A stretch of 45,014 bases of DNA, taken from assembly GCA_033763455.1 (NCBI GenBank), contig JANRKO010000057.1, forward strand, positions 1 through 45,014, read 5' to 3'. Positions 10,406 through 19,738 of the stretch are shown one piece after another. The translations under genes and the position numbers were made by a program. The stretch's first letter is position 1. Each line of letters starts with the position of its first letter. The DNA is from Polyangiaceae bacterium. Lineage in GTDB: Bacteria > Myxococcota_A > Polyangia > Polyangiales > Polyangiaceae. The notes under the pieces were generated by a model. That model ran no database searches. It saw nothing but the letters and a program-made list of their open reading frames with translations, and had not been told where the DNA came from.

Positions 10406-12418
10406 TTATATCCCGAGCTCAATGAGTGCTTGAGCGGTCTTATCCGATTTGTGCGCGCGCTTGAAGAGGTAGATCCCCTGTTTTTGCGCTAAGAGGCCGT
10501 AGCCATTCTCCACTGCCTGGCGAATTCCCTTCCGCGTGTTGCCAAGCCCGAGCGTACGTTTGGCCACTAGAAGGTAGTCGGCGTTGCCCGTCCACATCCG
10601 CAGCGGATAGGCGATTGCGCGATTGGACGCGTGGGGCAAGGCCTCCTCAGTGCCGGAGACGGAGGCTTCCTTCGGGATCATCGCTACAAGCTCTCGCATT
10701 GCTTGGTACTTCGCGCTCTCTTCTGCAGTGAGAGGCCGAAAAGCCACTGTTCCAAAGCCGCCGCGAAACTTCTCGGGATCTATGATGCAACCGAAATGAT
10801 AGCTGTGTATCAACACAGCAACAGTCACGGCGGAGAGTGCGGAGGCGCGCCACCACGTACCCTCTTGCTCCAAGCGATTGAGTGCGAGCACGCCCACTCC
10901 AAATAGGTAAGGCACCCAGTGCATGGTGTAGTGGAACGAGATGGAAATAGTCGGATCGTAGTCAGTGGTGAGCAGCGTCATGAGGGCGCCCGAGCTCGCG
11001 ACCAGGGCCCAGCCCCAACGCCGATATGCTAGAAACCCGAGCGGGGCCGCAAGGTGGAGCCAGTAGATGATCTTCTTCGATTCCAGCAGCGAGTGGAAAA
11101 CGAAGAGCGGGTTGGTGGCGATCGTTTTGGCGACGCTACCGTAGCCGGATTCGCCAGGGATCATGAGCCCCTTGAACAAGTCGGCGAACCACCAGGTACC
11201 GGCCCACGGCATCAAGACGAACTTGAGCAGGAAGAACGCAGGCACAGATAAAGCAAAGATGGTTGCCCCCTCCCGTGTTCGCTTGCCCGACGCGATCAAG
11301 AACGCACCTAATATAGACAGGCCAATGGGTATGTCTTCGCGAATCGAGAACAGCAGAAGTAGCGTACCCAGCATCAACCAATAACGCCGCCGAGCAATGG
11401 CAAAGTAGAGCAAAAACTGGAACGCACACGACGTGGTGATCCAGTGGAAGTCGTAGAAATTGGCCCCGTGAAGCGGAGCATAAAGGAGATAAAGGATGCT
11501 GATAATGCAGGCAGAGACCCTGGGGAGCTGAGTACTTGCGAACAGGTAAAGCGTTATGGCACCGCCGCCCAGGAATACAGACTGAATAACAAGGAGCGTC
11601 TCTGCATGCTGGTATAGATAATAAATTGGCAGATATAAGACGAGTACGAGGTTGGCGTGGCCAGCGATGTAGTTGCCGCCGCGTGGGCCAAAAAGTACGG
11701 GGGATTTGAAAAAGTCCCCTCGGATCCCGTTGGCCATGAGGTTGTCGTAGATCGCGAGATCAAACGCACTCGTATACAAACGGTGGTGCTGGAGAATAGA
11801 GTGATAGCCTGTGTACGTAGCGTAACTCGCAGCGGCTATCACTACGCAGCTGATCGGGCCAAAGCGTGAGAGCCAGCTGGGGATCCTTCGGGCAAAGGTT
11901 AGGCCGGTGGCGAGGTGGGTTGCGAAGAGGGCAGGTAGCGCCACGCGCAGAGAACGCTCCAAACCGAGCGTAAACAGCCCAAAGGCCAGAAGCGTGCTGA
12001 GCATGCGGTCATCCCACACGGCGCGTTCGAGCAGAGCCGGCACCATCCAAATTAAGAGGGCCGGGCAGCTGAGGCGCGCCGCGCGTTCAAACCCAGAAGT
12101 GAGGCGCGCTCGCTCACGCGGGTGAGAGAACCAGGCAAGGCCGGCAACCAGGCAGGGAAGCGCTACGCTGATCACCAGGCATTTTAGGACGGCAGAGCGC
12201 AGAGACGGCAAGAGCGTGTTGGCAGTAGCCAGGCCTGCTATTGGAGCGTCTTCTCGGAGTAGCAACCACGTGCTAGCGGTGGAGGCCAAAGCCGCGCCGA
12301 GCACCACAGCGCTTGAAGCAAGGCGAAACCCAGGAACGTTAGGTGCAGGGTTCCCTTCGGAGCGAAGGCTTGTGGAGGCAACCTTGGACCCCTCATTCTG
12401 AATCTTGATCGATTGCAC
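10406..12418 (-). CDS. DUF2079-type membrane protein (GT-C-like)
   Basis: AFDLAIYD, GHAN..YLPIY, NFYDFH and REDI motifs with many TMs. AGGAG RBS precedes the GTG start. Confidence 0.75.
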   Translation of the reverse strand: MQSIKIQNEGSKVASTSLRSEGNPAPNVPGFRLASSAVVLGAALASTASTWLLLREDAPIAGLATANTLLPSLRSAVLKCLVISVALPCLVAGLAWFSHPRERARLTSGFERAARLSCPALLIWMVPALLERAVWDDRMLSTLLAFGLFTLGLERSLRVALPALFATHLATGLTFARRIPSWLSRFGPISCVVIAAASYATYTGYHSILQHHRLYTSAFDLAIYDNLMANGIRGDFFKSPVLFGPRGGNYIAGHANLVLVLYLPIYYLYQHAETLLVIQSVFLGGGAITLYLFASTQLPRVSACIISILYLLYAPLHGANFYDFHWITTSCAFQFLLYFAIARRRYWLMLGTLLLLFSIREDIPIGLSILGAFLIASGKRTREGATIFALSVPAFFLLKFVLMPWAGTWWFADLFKGLMIPGESGYGSVAKTIATNPLFVFHSLLESKKIIYWLHLAAPLGFLAYRRWGWALVASSGALMTLLTTDYDPTISISFHYTMHWVPYLFGVGVLALNRLEQEGTWWRASALSAVTVAVLIHSYHFGCIIDPEKFRGGFGTVAFRPLTAEESAKYQAMRELVAMIPKEASVSGTEEALPHASNRAIAYPLRMWTGNADYLLVAKRTLGLGNTRKGIRQAVENGYGLLAQKQGIYLFKRAHKSDKTAQALIELGI

Positions 12419-12499
12419 GTGGCTCCTAAACCCGTGCGCCTAATAGCGAGAAAAGCGAGGCTCGTAAAGGCAACGAGCCAAGGGGTGAAGCCTCATAGT

Positions 12500-14890
12500 T
12501 TAGGGCTTTCGCCCGTAAATATCGTAGGCACGACCCTTAGCAAACGCCGGGTGTTGCGTTAGTAGCAAGAAATCACGACCGAGCTCGGCTGGGAGCGAGA
12601 CGGAGCAAGTAGGATCGACTACCACAAATCCTGCACGGGGTACCATGGCTAGCACCGCGTCGCCATCTAAGGGTTGTCTTGGTGCCGGGAAGGCGCGGGC
12701 CTTCGGTCCAACGCTCGGAGCATTCAGATCTCGGACTCGGTACGCGCCCTGGAGGTAGCCCTGGCCACAGCTCAGCACCACCACGTTGTCGTTGAAAGGA
12801 CCAAACGGTGCGCGTTCAGGCATTTCGCTTAGCAAGACGTTGCCGACCGACTCCGTCTTTTTGGTGTGGAAGTTCACAAAATTGAAGAACATCAAGTCCC
12901 CAGCGACAGTATCGGCACCAAAGAATTTGCCGGAATGTCGGTAGATATGCGTGACGCCGAGGTGCTGCAGCAATTCGTAAACGGCCTTCGGATCTTTGAG
13001 CTCGCCGTAGTTTATCCCGTACTGCCACAAGGTGAAGTCGTGCACGAGCTCCGCTTGCATCCCCAGACCAATGTGGTCTTCGTGCAGAAGCACCCTCGCG
13101 CCCGCAGGGAGACGTGCGCTCACGGCGTTGGGACGAGAACTAATCTCGAAGCGGTCCCGGTAGTTCTTCTTGAAACCCGTGTTCAAGAGGTCGAGCACTA
13201 CTTTCACAGGGGAGCCAACCATGGCGTGAGTCTGAATGAAGTAGACGTCTCCCCCCCACACGATTTGAAAAGCGACCAGGAGCGCGCAGGCTGCTCGAAC
13301 AAGCCACCCAGAGCTCCCCCAGATGAGCGCGAGCGCTGCCGCCGTAGCGGCCGCCATTAGTGGCAGAATCGCCTGCAGGTAGCGGTCTTGATGGTGCGTC
13401 CAGAACCACGCAAAGATGCCGAGGTGGACCCAAGCTACTACCCACCAAACAAGGCGAGCTCTGCGAACGAAGACAAGCGGTCCGAGCAGGAGTGTGAAGA
13501 GTGATCCGAAGACGGGGACGGCGCCGTGCATCTGCGCCCAATTGTTCGGGATGAAGGAGAACGTGAAGAGCGCACGGAGTGTGAGCAGCAGGCCTTCCCA
13601 AGTTCGTGGGGGCTTCCACGATTGCTCGGCTTGGTGGCCCCATTCCAACCGATACGCGGAAGCTTCGCTGAATGGCGTCGAGTGGAAGAAGCGGTGCAGC
13701 AACGGGTAGAATGGGTCCCCGTAATAACTCAGATTCTTCAGCCAGAATGGCGACGAAACGACCAACGCCGCGAGCACGGTGCACACGGGGGCTAAAATGA
13801 GCACCCTGCTGTTAGCCAATGCTCGCTGGCCGAAAAGGCCCCTCCCCGTCAGCCAAATCCAGCGCGTCAGCAGGCAAGCCACGGGGAACGGGATGAGCAT
13901 CAGCCCGACCGTCTCCTTGAGCATTAGTGCGCCGCCGAGGAACGCCCCCAAGTACGCACACGCCGTAAGCGAGAGGTTCGGAAGCGCTCGCAAGGTGAGC
14001 AGGAAGATAATGGGCCCATACATGGCTCCAAAGTGATCGGCCCCCCCGCTCAGGCTGCTATCGTAGAGGAACACACCCGGAAACAAGAAACGCGCGGCCC
14101 AAGTCGCCCGAGCATCTGCCCGGGGAGCCAAACGTCGAACGATAGCGGGGATACCTACCAAGGTAGTGACGGAAAACACCACGAACTCTAGGTGGGCGCA
14201 CAGCTCCATCCTGTCGAACAGTTTTGGGACTGGCGCCAAGAATGCCCACGCATAAAGAAAGCTCGTCGAGTGTGGGCGCGAAGCAAAAATCCAGCCTTCG
14301 GGAAAGCGTCGCACGCCGCCGTGGGCCACGAAGTCTTCCGCCAGCGTCATGTGCTTCCAGTACGAGTCGTATTGGATGTTCTTGGGCGTGAGGATGACAA
14401 AGTAGATCATCCCAAAAGCCGCGAACCCGAACAGGATGGCGAACGGTCGCAGCCAGTGTTTACCGCCGAACCAATCTTCAGCGATGAAGGCCCGCTTGAG
14501 CTCAGAAAAGAGCTGCCAAAGGTTCGGCAACCCGATCAGAAAAAAAGCGAAGGGCAACGCCCAAAAGAGCCATGGTTGGTACAGCTGAAGGAAACCTGCA
14601 GCTGCCATAGCCACGACAAAGCTCAGCACTCCCGTGCCGAAGCTCAGCATGCCGTGTTCCAACCCAGGCAACCCCGGCAGCACCCGCCGCACTACGCGGT
14701 TCCCAAAGCTCACAACCCCGAGCGCCCAAAACAGCACAGCGCCCCAATACCCGGCGTAGCGGAAGAACAGCCACTCCTTGATCGGGTAATGGTCGTCCAC
14801 CACGTTCGCGAAGACGTAGATGCCGGCGACCAGGCTTGCGAAGAGTAGTGCCCGGCGGAGCCGTTCGATGAGTGGGAGGGGGAGGCCCAA
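12500..14890 (-). CDS. Large polytopic membrane protein, probable GT-C glycosyltransferase
   Basis: QYDSYWKH acidic loop, 'PFWLKNLSYYGDPFYP' and 'QDRYLQAILP' motifs, and a C-terminal soluble domain. Confidence 0.72.
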   Translation of the reverse strand: MGLPLPLIERLRRALLFASLVAGIYVFANVVDDHYPIKEWLFFRYAGYWGAVLFWALGVVSFGNRVVRRVLPGLPGLEHGMLSFGTGVLSFVVAMAAAGFLQLYQPWLFWALPFAFFLIGLPNLWQLFSELKRAFIAEDWFGGKHWLRPFAILFGFAAFGMIYFVILTPKNIQYDSYWKHMTLAEDFVAHGGVRRFPEGWIFASRPHSTSFLYAWAFLAPVPKLFDRMELCAHLEFVVFSVTTLVGIPAIVRRLAPRADARATWAARFLFPGVFLYDSSLSGGADHFGAMYGPIIFLLTLRALPNLSLTACAYLGAFLGGALMLKETVGLMLIPFPVACLLTRWIWLTGRGLFGQRALANSRVLILAPVCTVLAALVVSSPFWLKNLSYYGDPFYPLLHRFFHSTPFSEASAYRLEWGHQAEQSWKPPRTWEGLLLTLRALFTFSFIPNNWAQMHGAVPVFGSLFTLLLGPLVFVRRARLVWWVVAWVHLGIFAWFWTHHQDRYLQAILPLMAAATAAALALIWGSSGWLVRAACALLVAFQIVWGGDVYFIQTHAMVGSPVKVVLDLLNTGFKKNYRDRFEISSRPNAVSARLPAGARVLLHEDHIGLGMQAELVHDFTLWQYGINYGELKDPKAVYELLQHLGVTHIYRHSGKFFGADTVAGDLMFFNFVNFHTKKTESVGNVLLSEMPERAPFGPFNDNVVVLSCGQGYLQGAYRVRDLNAPSVGPKARAFPAPRQPLDGDAVLAMVPRAGFVVVDPTCSVSLPAELGRDFLLLTQHPAFAKGRAYDIYGRKP

Positions 14891-14938
14891 GGTGCTGACT
14901 GCTTTATCCCAAGATCGGCGTTAAACCGAGATCCCCCA

Positions 14939-15979
14939 TCAATTCTTGCTCACGTGGAGGCCACATTCGCGTTGGGTGGCCTCTTCCCACCACCAACGCC
15001 CCGCTCGCTCGTGTTCTCCAGGGCGAATCGCGCGGGTGCAAGGCTCGCAGCCCACCGACACGAACCCTTGGTCGTGGAGTTCATTGTAGGGCACTTCGTG
15101 CTCACGAATGTATTGCCACACCTGGCCGAGCGACCAATGCGCAAGTGGGTTGAGCTTAACAATGGGGCCGCCAGCACCCTCGTGCAGGGCATCCCGAGAA
15201 ACAACGGCTAGCTCCCCGCGTGTTGATGGGTTCTGATCCCGCCGTTGACCGGTAGCCCAAGCACCAAAGCTTCGAAGTGCCCGGTTGAGCGGCTCCACTT
15301 TTCGGATCTGGCAACATTCCTGATGCCCATCCTCGTAGAAGCTGGTAAAGCCGCGCCGTTTTACCAAATCTTCGACCGCAACGAAGTTCGGGAAAAGCAT
15401 CTGAATCGTGATGTTGTAGTGGCGCCGCACGCGCTCCAAAAAGCGATACGTTTCCGGGTGCAAGCGACCCGTATCTAGGCAAAAGACGGAGAAAGGCAGC
15501 TTCAGCTTGCTTGCCATGTCGATCAAGACGACGTCTTCGGCTCCGCTGAACGCAATGGCACAGCTGGCTCCAAAGTGCCGGAGGCCGAACTCCAAGATCT
15601 CTTGGGGCGCGCGGCTGCGGAGGTTTGCGTCGGCCGAAAGGAGTTCGGCGTCGGTGGGCGGAGAGGCCGCAACTGCTTGGGCGTGAAGCGATGTGGGCTT
15701 CTCGGCCGGCACTCCACTCAATCGCTCCTTTAGGAGGCGGGGAGCGCTGTCGAACACCTGGGTCCCGCCTTCGTCTTTCACGATGAAGAACGGTGCCAGG
15801 CTGATCCCGTATTCTTCGGCAAGCCTCATGCCTGGGGAATTCGGCTCGCCCTCGATGGCCCACACGATCTCGTCTACACGTTCCCAAACCCCACGGTCGC
15901 GGAGAAATTGCTCGGCCTGGGCGCACTTCCGGCAGGGGGAGCCGTCCAGAAGCTGCTTTTTTACCATTGTGAGGTGCAT
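14939..15979 (-). CDS. cysH: APS reductase (CysH family, 4Fe-4S type) with N-terminal thioredoxin-like domain
   Basis: AFSGAED, LDTGRLHPET, ECCQIRKVEPL (CC), GCEPCT (CxxC), RAGRWWWE and C-terminal ECGLH. The N-terminal ~90 aa carry CRKC and APFF. Start taken at ATG 15979; the ORF track extends to 16186. Confidence 0.9.
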   Translation of the reverse strand: MHLTMVKKQLLDGSPCRKCAQAEQFLRDRGVWERVDEIVWAIEGEPNSPGMRLAEEYGISLAPFFIVKDEGGTQVFDSAPRLLKERLSGVPAEKPTSLHAQAVAASPPTDAELLSADANLRSRAPQEILEFGLRHFGASCAIAFSGAEDVVLIDMASKLKLPFSVFCLDTGRLHPETYRFLERVRRHYNITIQMLFPNFVAVEDLVKRRGFTSFYEDGHQECCQIRKVEPLNRALRSFGAWATGQRRDQNPSTRGELAVVSRDALHEGAGGPIVKLNPLAHWSLGQVWQYIREHEVPYNELHDQGFVSVGCEPCTRAIRPGEHERAGRWWWEEATQRECGLHVSKN

Positions 15980-16200
15980 GCGGGGCTCGCTGTATTTAGG
16001 ATCGGAGCGGTTGGGTGGCCAGCCTAGGTCACGACTCGCGGTTTGGTCCACGAGGCGGGCCAATTCTTGGTCGGCCTTAGAGCGGTCGGTTTCGGGCGGG
16101 CCATCGGGTCTAGAACTTAGGCCAATGTGGCTCATTGTGTTAGTGGAGGGGCTTGCCCTAGGCTCGCGCCGAACACTTGGCGTCACTTCGGAGGAAGATC

Positions 16201-17721
16201 ATGCGCACATTCTCTTTTGCTTGTTTTGCAGCTCTTGCAGCTACTCCCCTCTTTTCAACCGTTGCCTTGGCTCAGCCCGCGACCCCACCCCCAGCAGCCT
16301 CGGCTGCACCGCCAGAAGCTGCCCCTGCAGAAAAGCCGCCAGAAGCCGCACCCACTGAAAGCACCGCCCCCGCGGTTCCTCCAGCCGAAGGTGCCGCGCC
16401 GGTTGAAGCCGCCCCCGCACCCGCCCCCGCCGCAGCCCCCGAAGTTGGCGCATCTGCCACCGCCACTCTGAGCCTCCCGGCCGCACCCGCACCCGAGGCC
16501 GCGCCAGTCGCCCCCGCTCCCACGCCGGTACCTGAGGTAGCTCCTGCCGCCGAGGCACCCGCCGCCAAGTGGTACGAGGCCGCCGAATATCGGGTCTTTG
16601 TCGATTCCTTTTACGGAATGAATTGGAACCTGCCCAAGCCCCAGCTTACCGGCAATGGTCAGTCCGAAGTACGCGCTTACGATGTACACAATGGCTTCGG
16701 CTTGTCGTGGGCTGGTGCAGATCTTAGTTTGCCGGCGGCACCGGTAGGCGGAACGTTGAGCCTGCGTTTCGGGCCTTCTGCTGTGCGTTACTCCGGTTGC
16801 GTTAGCACGCAGGTTCCGTGCGATAAGGATATTGGGCTGACCAATGTGAAGCAAGCCTTCGCGTCCTATAGCCCTGTGGAAGGGCTCACGCTCGATCTGG
16901 GCAAGTTCGACACCATCTATGGTGCCGAGGTTGCGGACAGCCAAGACAACATGAACTACACGCGTGGCGTCCTCTATTGGTTGGGGCAGCCCCTGTTTCA
17001 CACGGGTCTGCGCGCGGAATACCAGGCCACCAAAGAGCTTGCGGCCACGCTGCTTCTCGTTAATGGCTGGAACAATTCGGTCGATAACAACGTCGGCAAA
17101 AGCATCGGTTTGCAGGGCAAATTCGCTACTGAGGACGGGATGTTTTCTGTCGCCCTTGGTTACCTAGGTGGTCCTGAGCAAGACGATACCGACACTCTTA
17201 CTTGTGAGCCAGGGTTTGCGCTCGACCCAAACGTAGGTTGCGTGGCGAGAGCCGGAGCTCCGGGGGGCGATTTTCCTGTGGACCGTGCAGACTCGAACAC
17301 CAAAGGTTGGCGTCACTTCCTCGACCTTGTCGTCGGGGCAAATCCCACCAAAGACTTAGCCATTCTGGCCAACGCGAGCCTGGGCATCGACAATGCGCGT
17401 GATCCAGATCGCACCAGCACCTTCACATCGTCAACCTGGTGGGGTGCCATGCTGGGCGCTCGCTATGACCTTGGTAACTTCGGCGTGGGCGGTCGCGGTG
17501 AATACTTCGACGACAAGGATGCCTTCGCTGTGGCGCGCGCCAAGGGCACTGCGCTCATGACCGGAACGCTCACCCTCGACGCAGATCTCGGACCTAACGT
17601 GCTGCTGAAGCTCGATAACCGCTTCGATTGGGCCGACAAGAAGATGTTCCAGTCGGGCATTCGCAAGGCTGAGGGCTCGGAGGTCACGAGTACTTTGGGT
17701 GTGGTCGCGACGGTTCCTTGA
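16201..17721 (+). CDS. Outer-membrane beta-barrel porin (BBP2/DUF1597-like) with Pro/Ala-rich N-terminal linker
   Basis: GGAGG RBS, signal peptide ending ALA, P/A/E-rich linker, then KQAFASY, DLGKFDTIYGAE, NMNYTRG, PLFHTGLR and VNGWNN. Confidence 0.82.
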   Translation: MRTFSFACFAALAATPLFSTVALAQPATPPPAASAAPPEAAPAEKPPEAAPTESTAPAVPPAEGAAPVEAAPAPAPAAAPEVGASATATLSLPAAPAPEAAPVAPAPTPVPEVAPAAEAPAAKWYEAAEYRVFVDSFYGMNWNLPKPQLTGNGQSEVRAYDVHNGFGLSWAGADLSLPAAPVGGTLSLRFGPSAVRYSGCVSTQVPCDKDIGLTNVKQAFASYSPVEGLTLDLGKFDTIYGAEVADSQDNMNYTRGVLYWLGQPLFHTGLRAEYQATKELAATLLLVNGWNNSVDNNVGKSIGLQGKFATEDGMFSVALGYLGGPEQDDTDTLTCEPGFALDPNVGCVARAGAPGGDFPVDRADSNTKGWRHFLDLVVGANPTKDLAILANASLGIDNARDPDRTSTFTSSTWWGAMLGARYDLGNFGVGGRGEYFDDKDAFAVARAKGTALMTGTLTLDADLGPNVLLKLDNRFDWADKKMFQSGIRKAEGSEVTSTLGVVATVP

Positions 17722-17745
17722 GTCGAATCAACCAAAATTGAAACC

Positions 17746-17773
17746 AGAGTTGGCGGCGAAAGCCGCCAACTCT
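17746..17773. terminator. Probable bidirectional intrinsic terminator
   Basis: Perfect 12-bp stem agagttggcggc / gccgccaactct with a GAAA loop, between the convergent porin and pseudokinase genes. Confidence 0.85.
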
Positions 17774-17801
17774 CATTTAGGCTCAAGCATCTGAAACGTG
17801 C

Positions 17802-19604
17802 CTATTTTCGCAGCGCTGAGCGCTTGGCATCGCTCACGGCGGCGTACGTCAGGAAGCGCTGAAAAGCAGCACGGTTCTCGGGAGTTGGGACGCCTTCGTA
17901 ACCAAAGGAGTGCGCTGTTTTGGTGGTGATGAGGCAGGTGACGGCTTCATCGAAGCGCCGCGCTTGGGGCGAAAGATCGCCCGGCTGGGAGCTTGCATCA
18001 GCCAAGCCTTGAACCACATCCCCGAGTTGAGGGCAGTAACCGAGTGTGCGTTCCAGATCGATGTTCTGCGCGCCTTTATCACAGCAATTTCGTTTCATGA
18101 TCGCGGCCGCGGCCAGATCATACCAACCGAGCTCTCCCTGGTAAGGAAGGGCGGCCAGCAATGCAGGATCGGGCCCGGCGTCGGCCTTTTCTCCACGCCG
18201 CGGCTCTTTTGCTCGCGCATCTTCCGCTATTGGGGGCGCGCTTTCTTGGACTTTGCGCTCCGCGTGGGCACGCACCAATGCGAACAAGAGCGAGGTGCCT
18301 TCGGAGAATTTCTTGGTCTGGCAGAAAAAATCCAAGTTCGGGCTGCCGGTGAAGGTTGCGTTGGGAAAGTAGGAAAGCAAACACTGCTCTCTGCTGAACG
18401 GCACCTCTGTTTTGGTGGCGGGCTTTGCAGCGAGTGGCTTGATGCTGCTCGGCACTGGCGCTACCTCGGGCGCCGGTTCCGGTTCGTTCCTCGACATTAC
18501 CACAGCCGCTACCACCGCCGCGGCCCCCGCGCCCGCAAGGAACGCGAGCGGCCAAAGCGGTCGCTTCTTCCTGGCAAACGGCGGTGGCGCGGAACTCTTG
18601 GTGCGAGCTGTGGCACGCGGCTTGGGGCTGGGTTCCCCAACCGCCGCTGGCCAAATGGAATCGTCCGGCCCGATCGAGATCTGAGGTCCGAGCGTGATGT
18701 CCGGCCCTAACGAAGCCTGAGGTCCGCGTGGGGCGGCGCCGTGCATGTCGGCGAGCACGGCCTTCTCGTCCCAAACGAGTGGCTCGTTTTCAGGCAGCAG
18801 ATTGCGCGGTCTGAGCGATAAAGCGTCCCCCACGAATAGTGATGCCGGTAGGCTCTCACCGCGTTCGATTCGATCGAAGGCTTCTCGTATGCGCGTGATC
18901 TTCGTTAAGCGGCGGCCGGCATCCGCCTGAAAAGCGGCAGCGAACAAGCGTTCGAGCTCAGGTTCATTCACACCCCACTGGGAGAGCGGAGCGAGCTTTC
19001 CCAGTGGGACCCGTTCGCGGACTTTCTCGCTGGATTCATTCCCGAACGGCGGTTGACCCGTAATGGCAAAGTATAAGCATGCCAAGAGCGACCACGTGTC
19101 GTCAGCGGCACAAGGCGCTTCGCCGGCAAGTCGTTCGGGCGAAGCATAGGCACCGATAGCGGGTGCAGCTAGTTGAGTGAGCACCGGGGCAATCGCCCGA
19201 CCTTCGGGCTCCACCATGATGGAAAGCGGAGAAATTGCCCCGTGCACAGCCGGCGCTTCGTGCACGGCGGCTAGCGCTTCCAACAGACGGGTGAACCAGA
19301 TGAGCGCCTTGAAGGGATCGATGGGTTTACTTGCGCGCGCCTCCCAGAGCGTTGTTCCTGGAACGTATTCTGCCAAGAATGTTGAGCGGTCCTCTTCTTT
19401 CGTCGAAGTATTGATGAGGGCTAGGTGCCGATGGCGCAGCCCCTTGCGCGCGAGAAGGCGCTCAGCGTGGGCACCCCCCGTGGTCAAAGCCAGGGTGAGT
19501 AAGTTGCTGTTGAGGTCGCGGACCAGAGCTCGCGGCAATGCATCTTGTGATGCCAGGGGCTTTTCGATTCGATGTTGGGCCGGCAGAGCGAAAGGAGATT
19601 CCAT
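17802..19604 (-). CDS. Membrane-anchored Ser/Thr protein kinase-like protein (probable pseudokinase) with Cys-rich extracytoplasmic domain
   Basis: LRHRHL, EYVPGTTL, YASPE, DDTWSL and TGQPPF are kinase subdomains. HRD is replaced by HGA and no DFG is evident. TM WPLAFLAGAGAAAVVAAVVM. Confidence 0.78.
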   Translation of the reverse strand: MESPFALPAQHRIEKPLASQDALPRALVRDLNSNLLTLALTTGGAHAERLLARKGLRHRHLALINTSTKEEDRSTFLAEYVPGTTLWEARASKPIDPFKALIWFTRLLEALAAVHEAPAVHGAISPLSIMVEPEGRAIAPVLTQLAAPAIGAYASPERLAGEAPCAADDTWSLLACLYFAITGQPPFGNESSEKVRERVPLGKLAPLSQWGVNEPELERLFAAAFQADAGRRLTKITRIREAFDRIERGESLPASLFVGDALSLRPRNLLPENEPLVWDEKAVLADMHGAAPRGPQASLGPDITLGPQISIGPDDSIWPAAVGEPSPKPRATARTKSSAPPPFARKKRPLWPLAFLAGAGAAAVVAAVVMSRNEPEPAPEVAPVPSSIKPLAAKPATKTEVPFSREQCLLSYFPNATFTGSPNLDFFCQTKKFSEGTSLLFALVRAHAERKVQESAPPIAEDARAKEPRRGEKADAGPDPALLAALPYQGELGWYDLAAAAIMKRNCCDKGAQNIDLERTLGYCPQLGDVVQGLADASSQPGDLSPQARRFDEAVTCLITTKTAHSFGYEGVPTPENRAAFQRFLTYAAVSDAKRSALRK

Positions 19605-19738
19605 GCCAAATCAGATATCTATCACGGTCCTCGCATTCCAGAAACAAAACGGAAACCCCAAGTAAGGCGTTTTTAGCCGGTTTTCCTAGCTTGGACCCAC
19701 GGCCGCTGGTAAAACGTGGGTGGTTTTGGAGGCGCACC

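Noticed and set aside
16280..16565. Repetitive GC-rich DNA
   Set aside because: Explained by the Pro/Ala-rich linker of the porin
19538..19738. N-terminal extension of the 1240-aa ORF
   Set aside because: It overlaps the divergent pseudokinase start, and a GGAGG RBS supports ATG 19739
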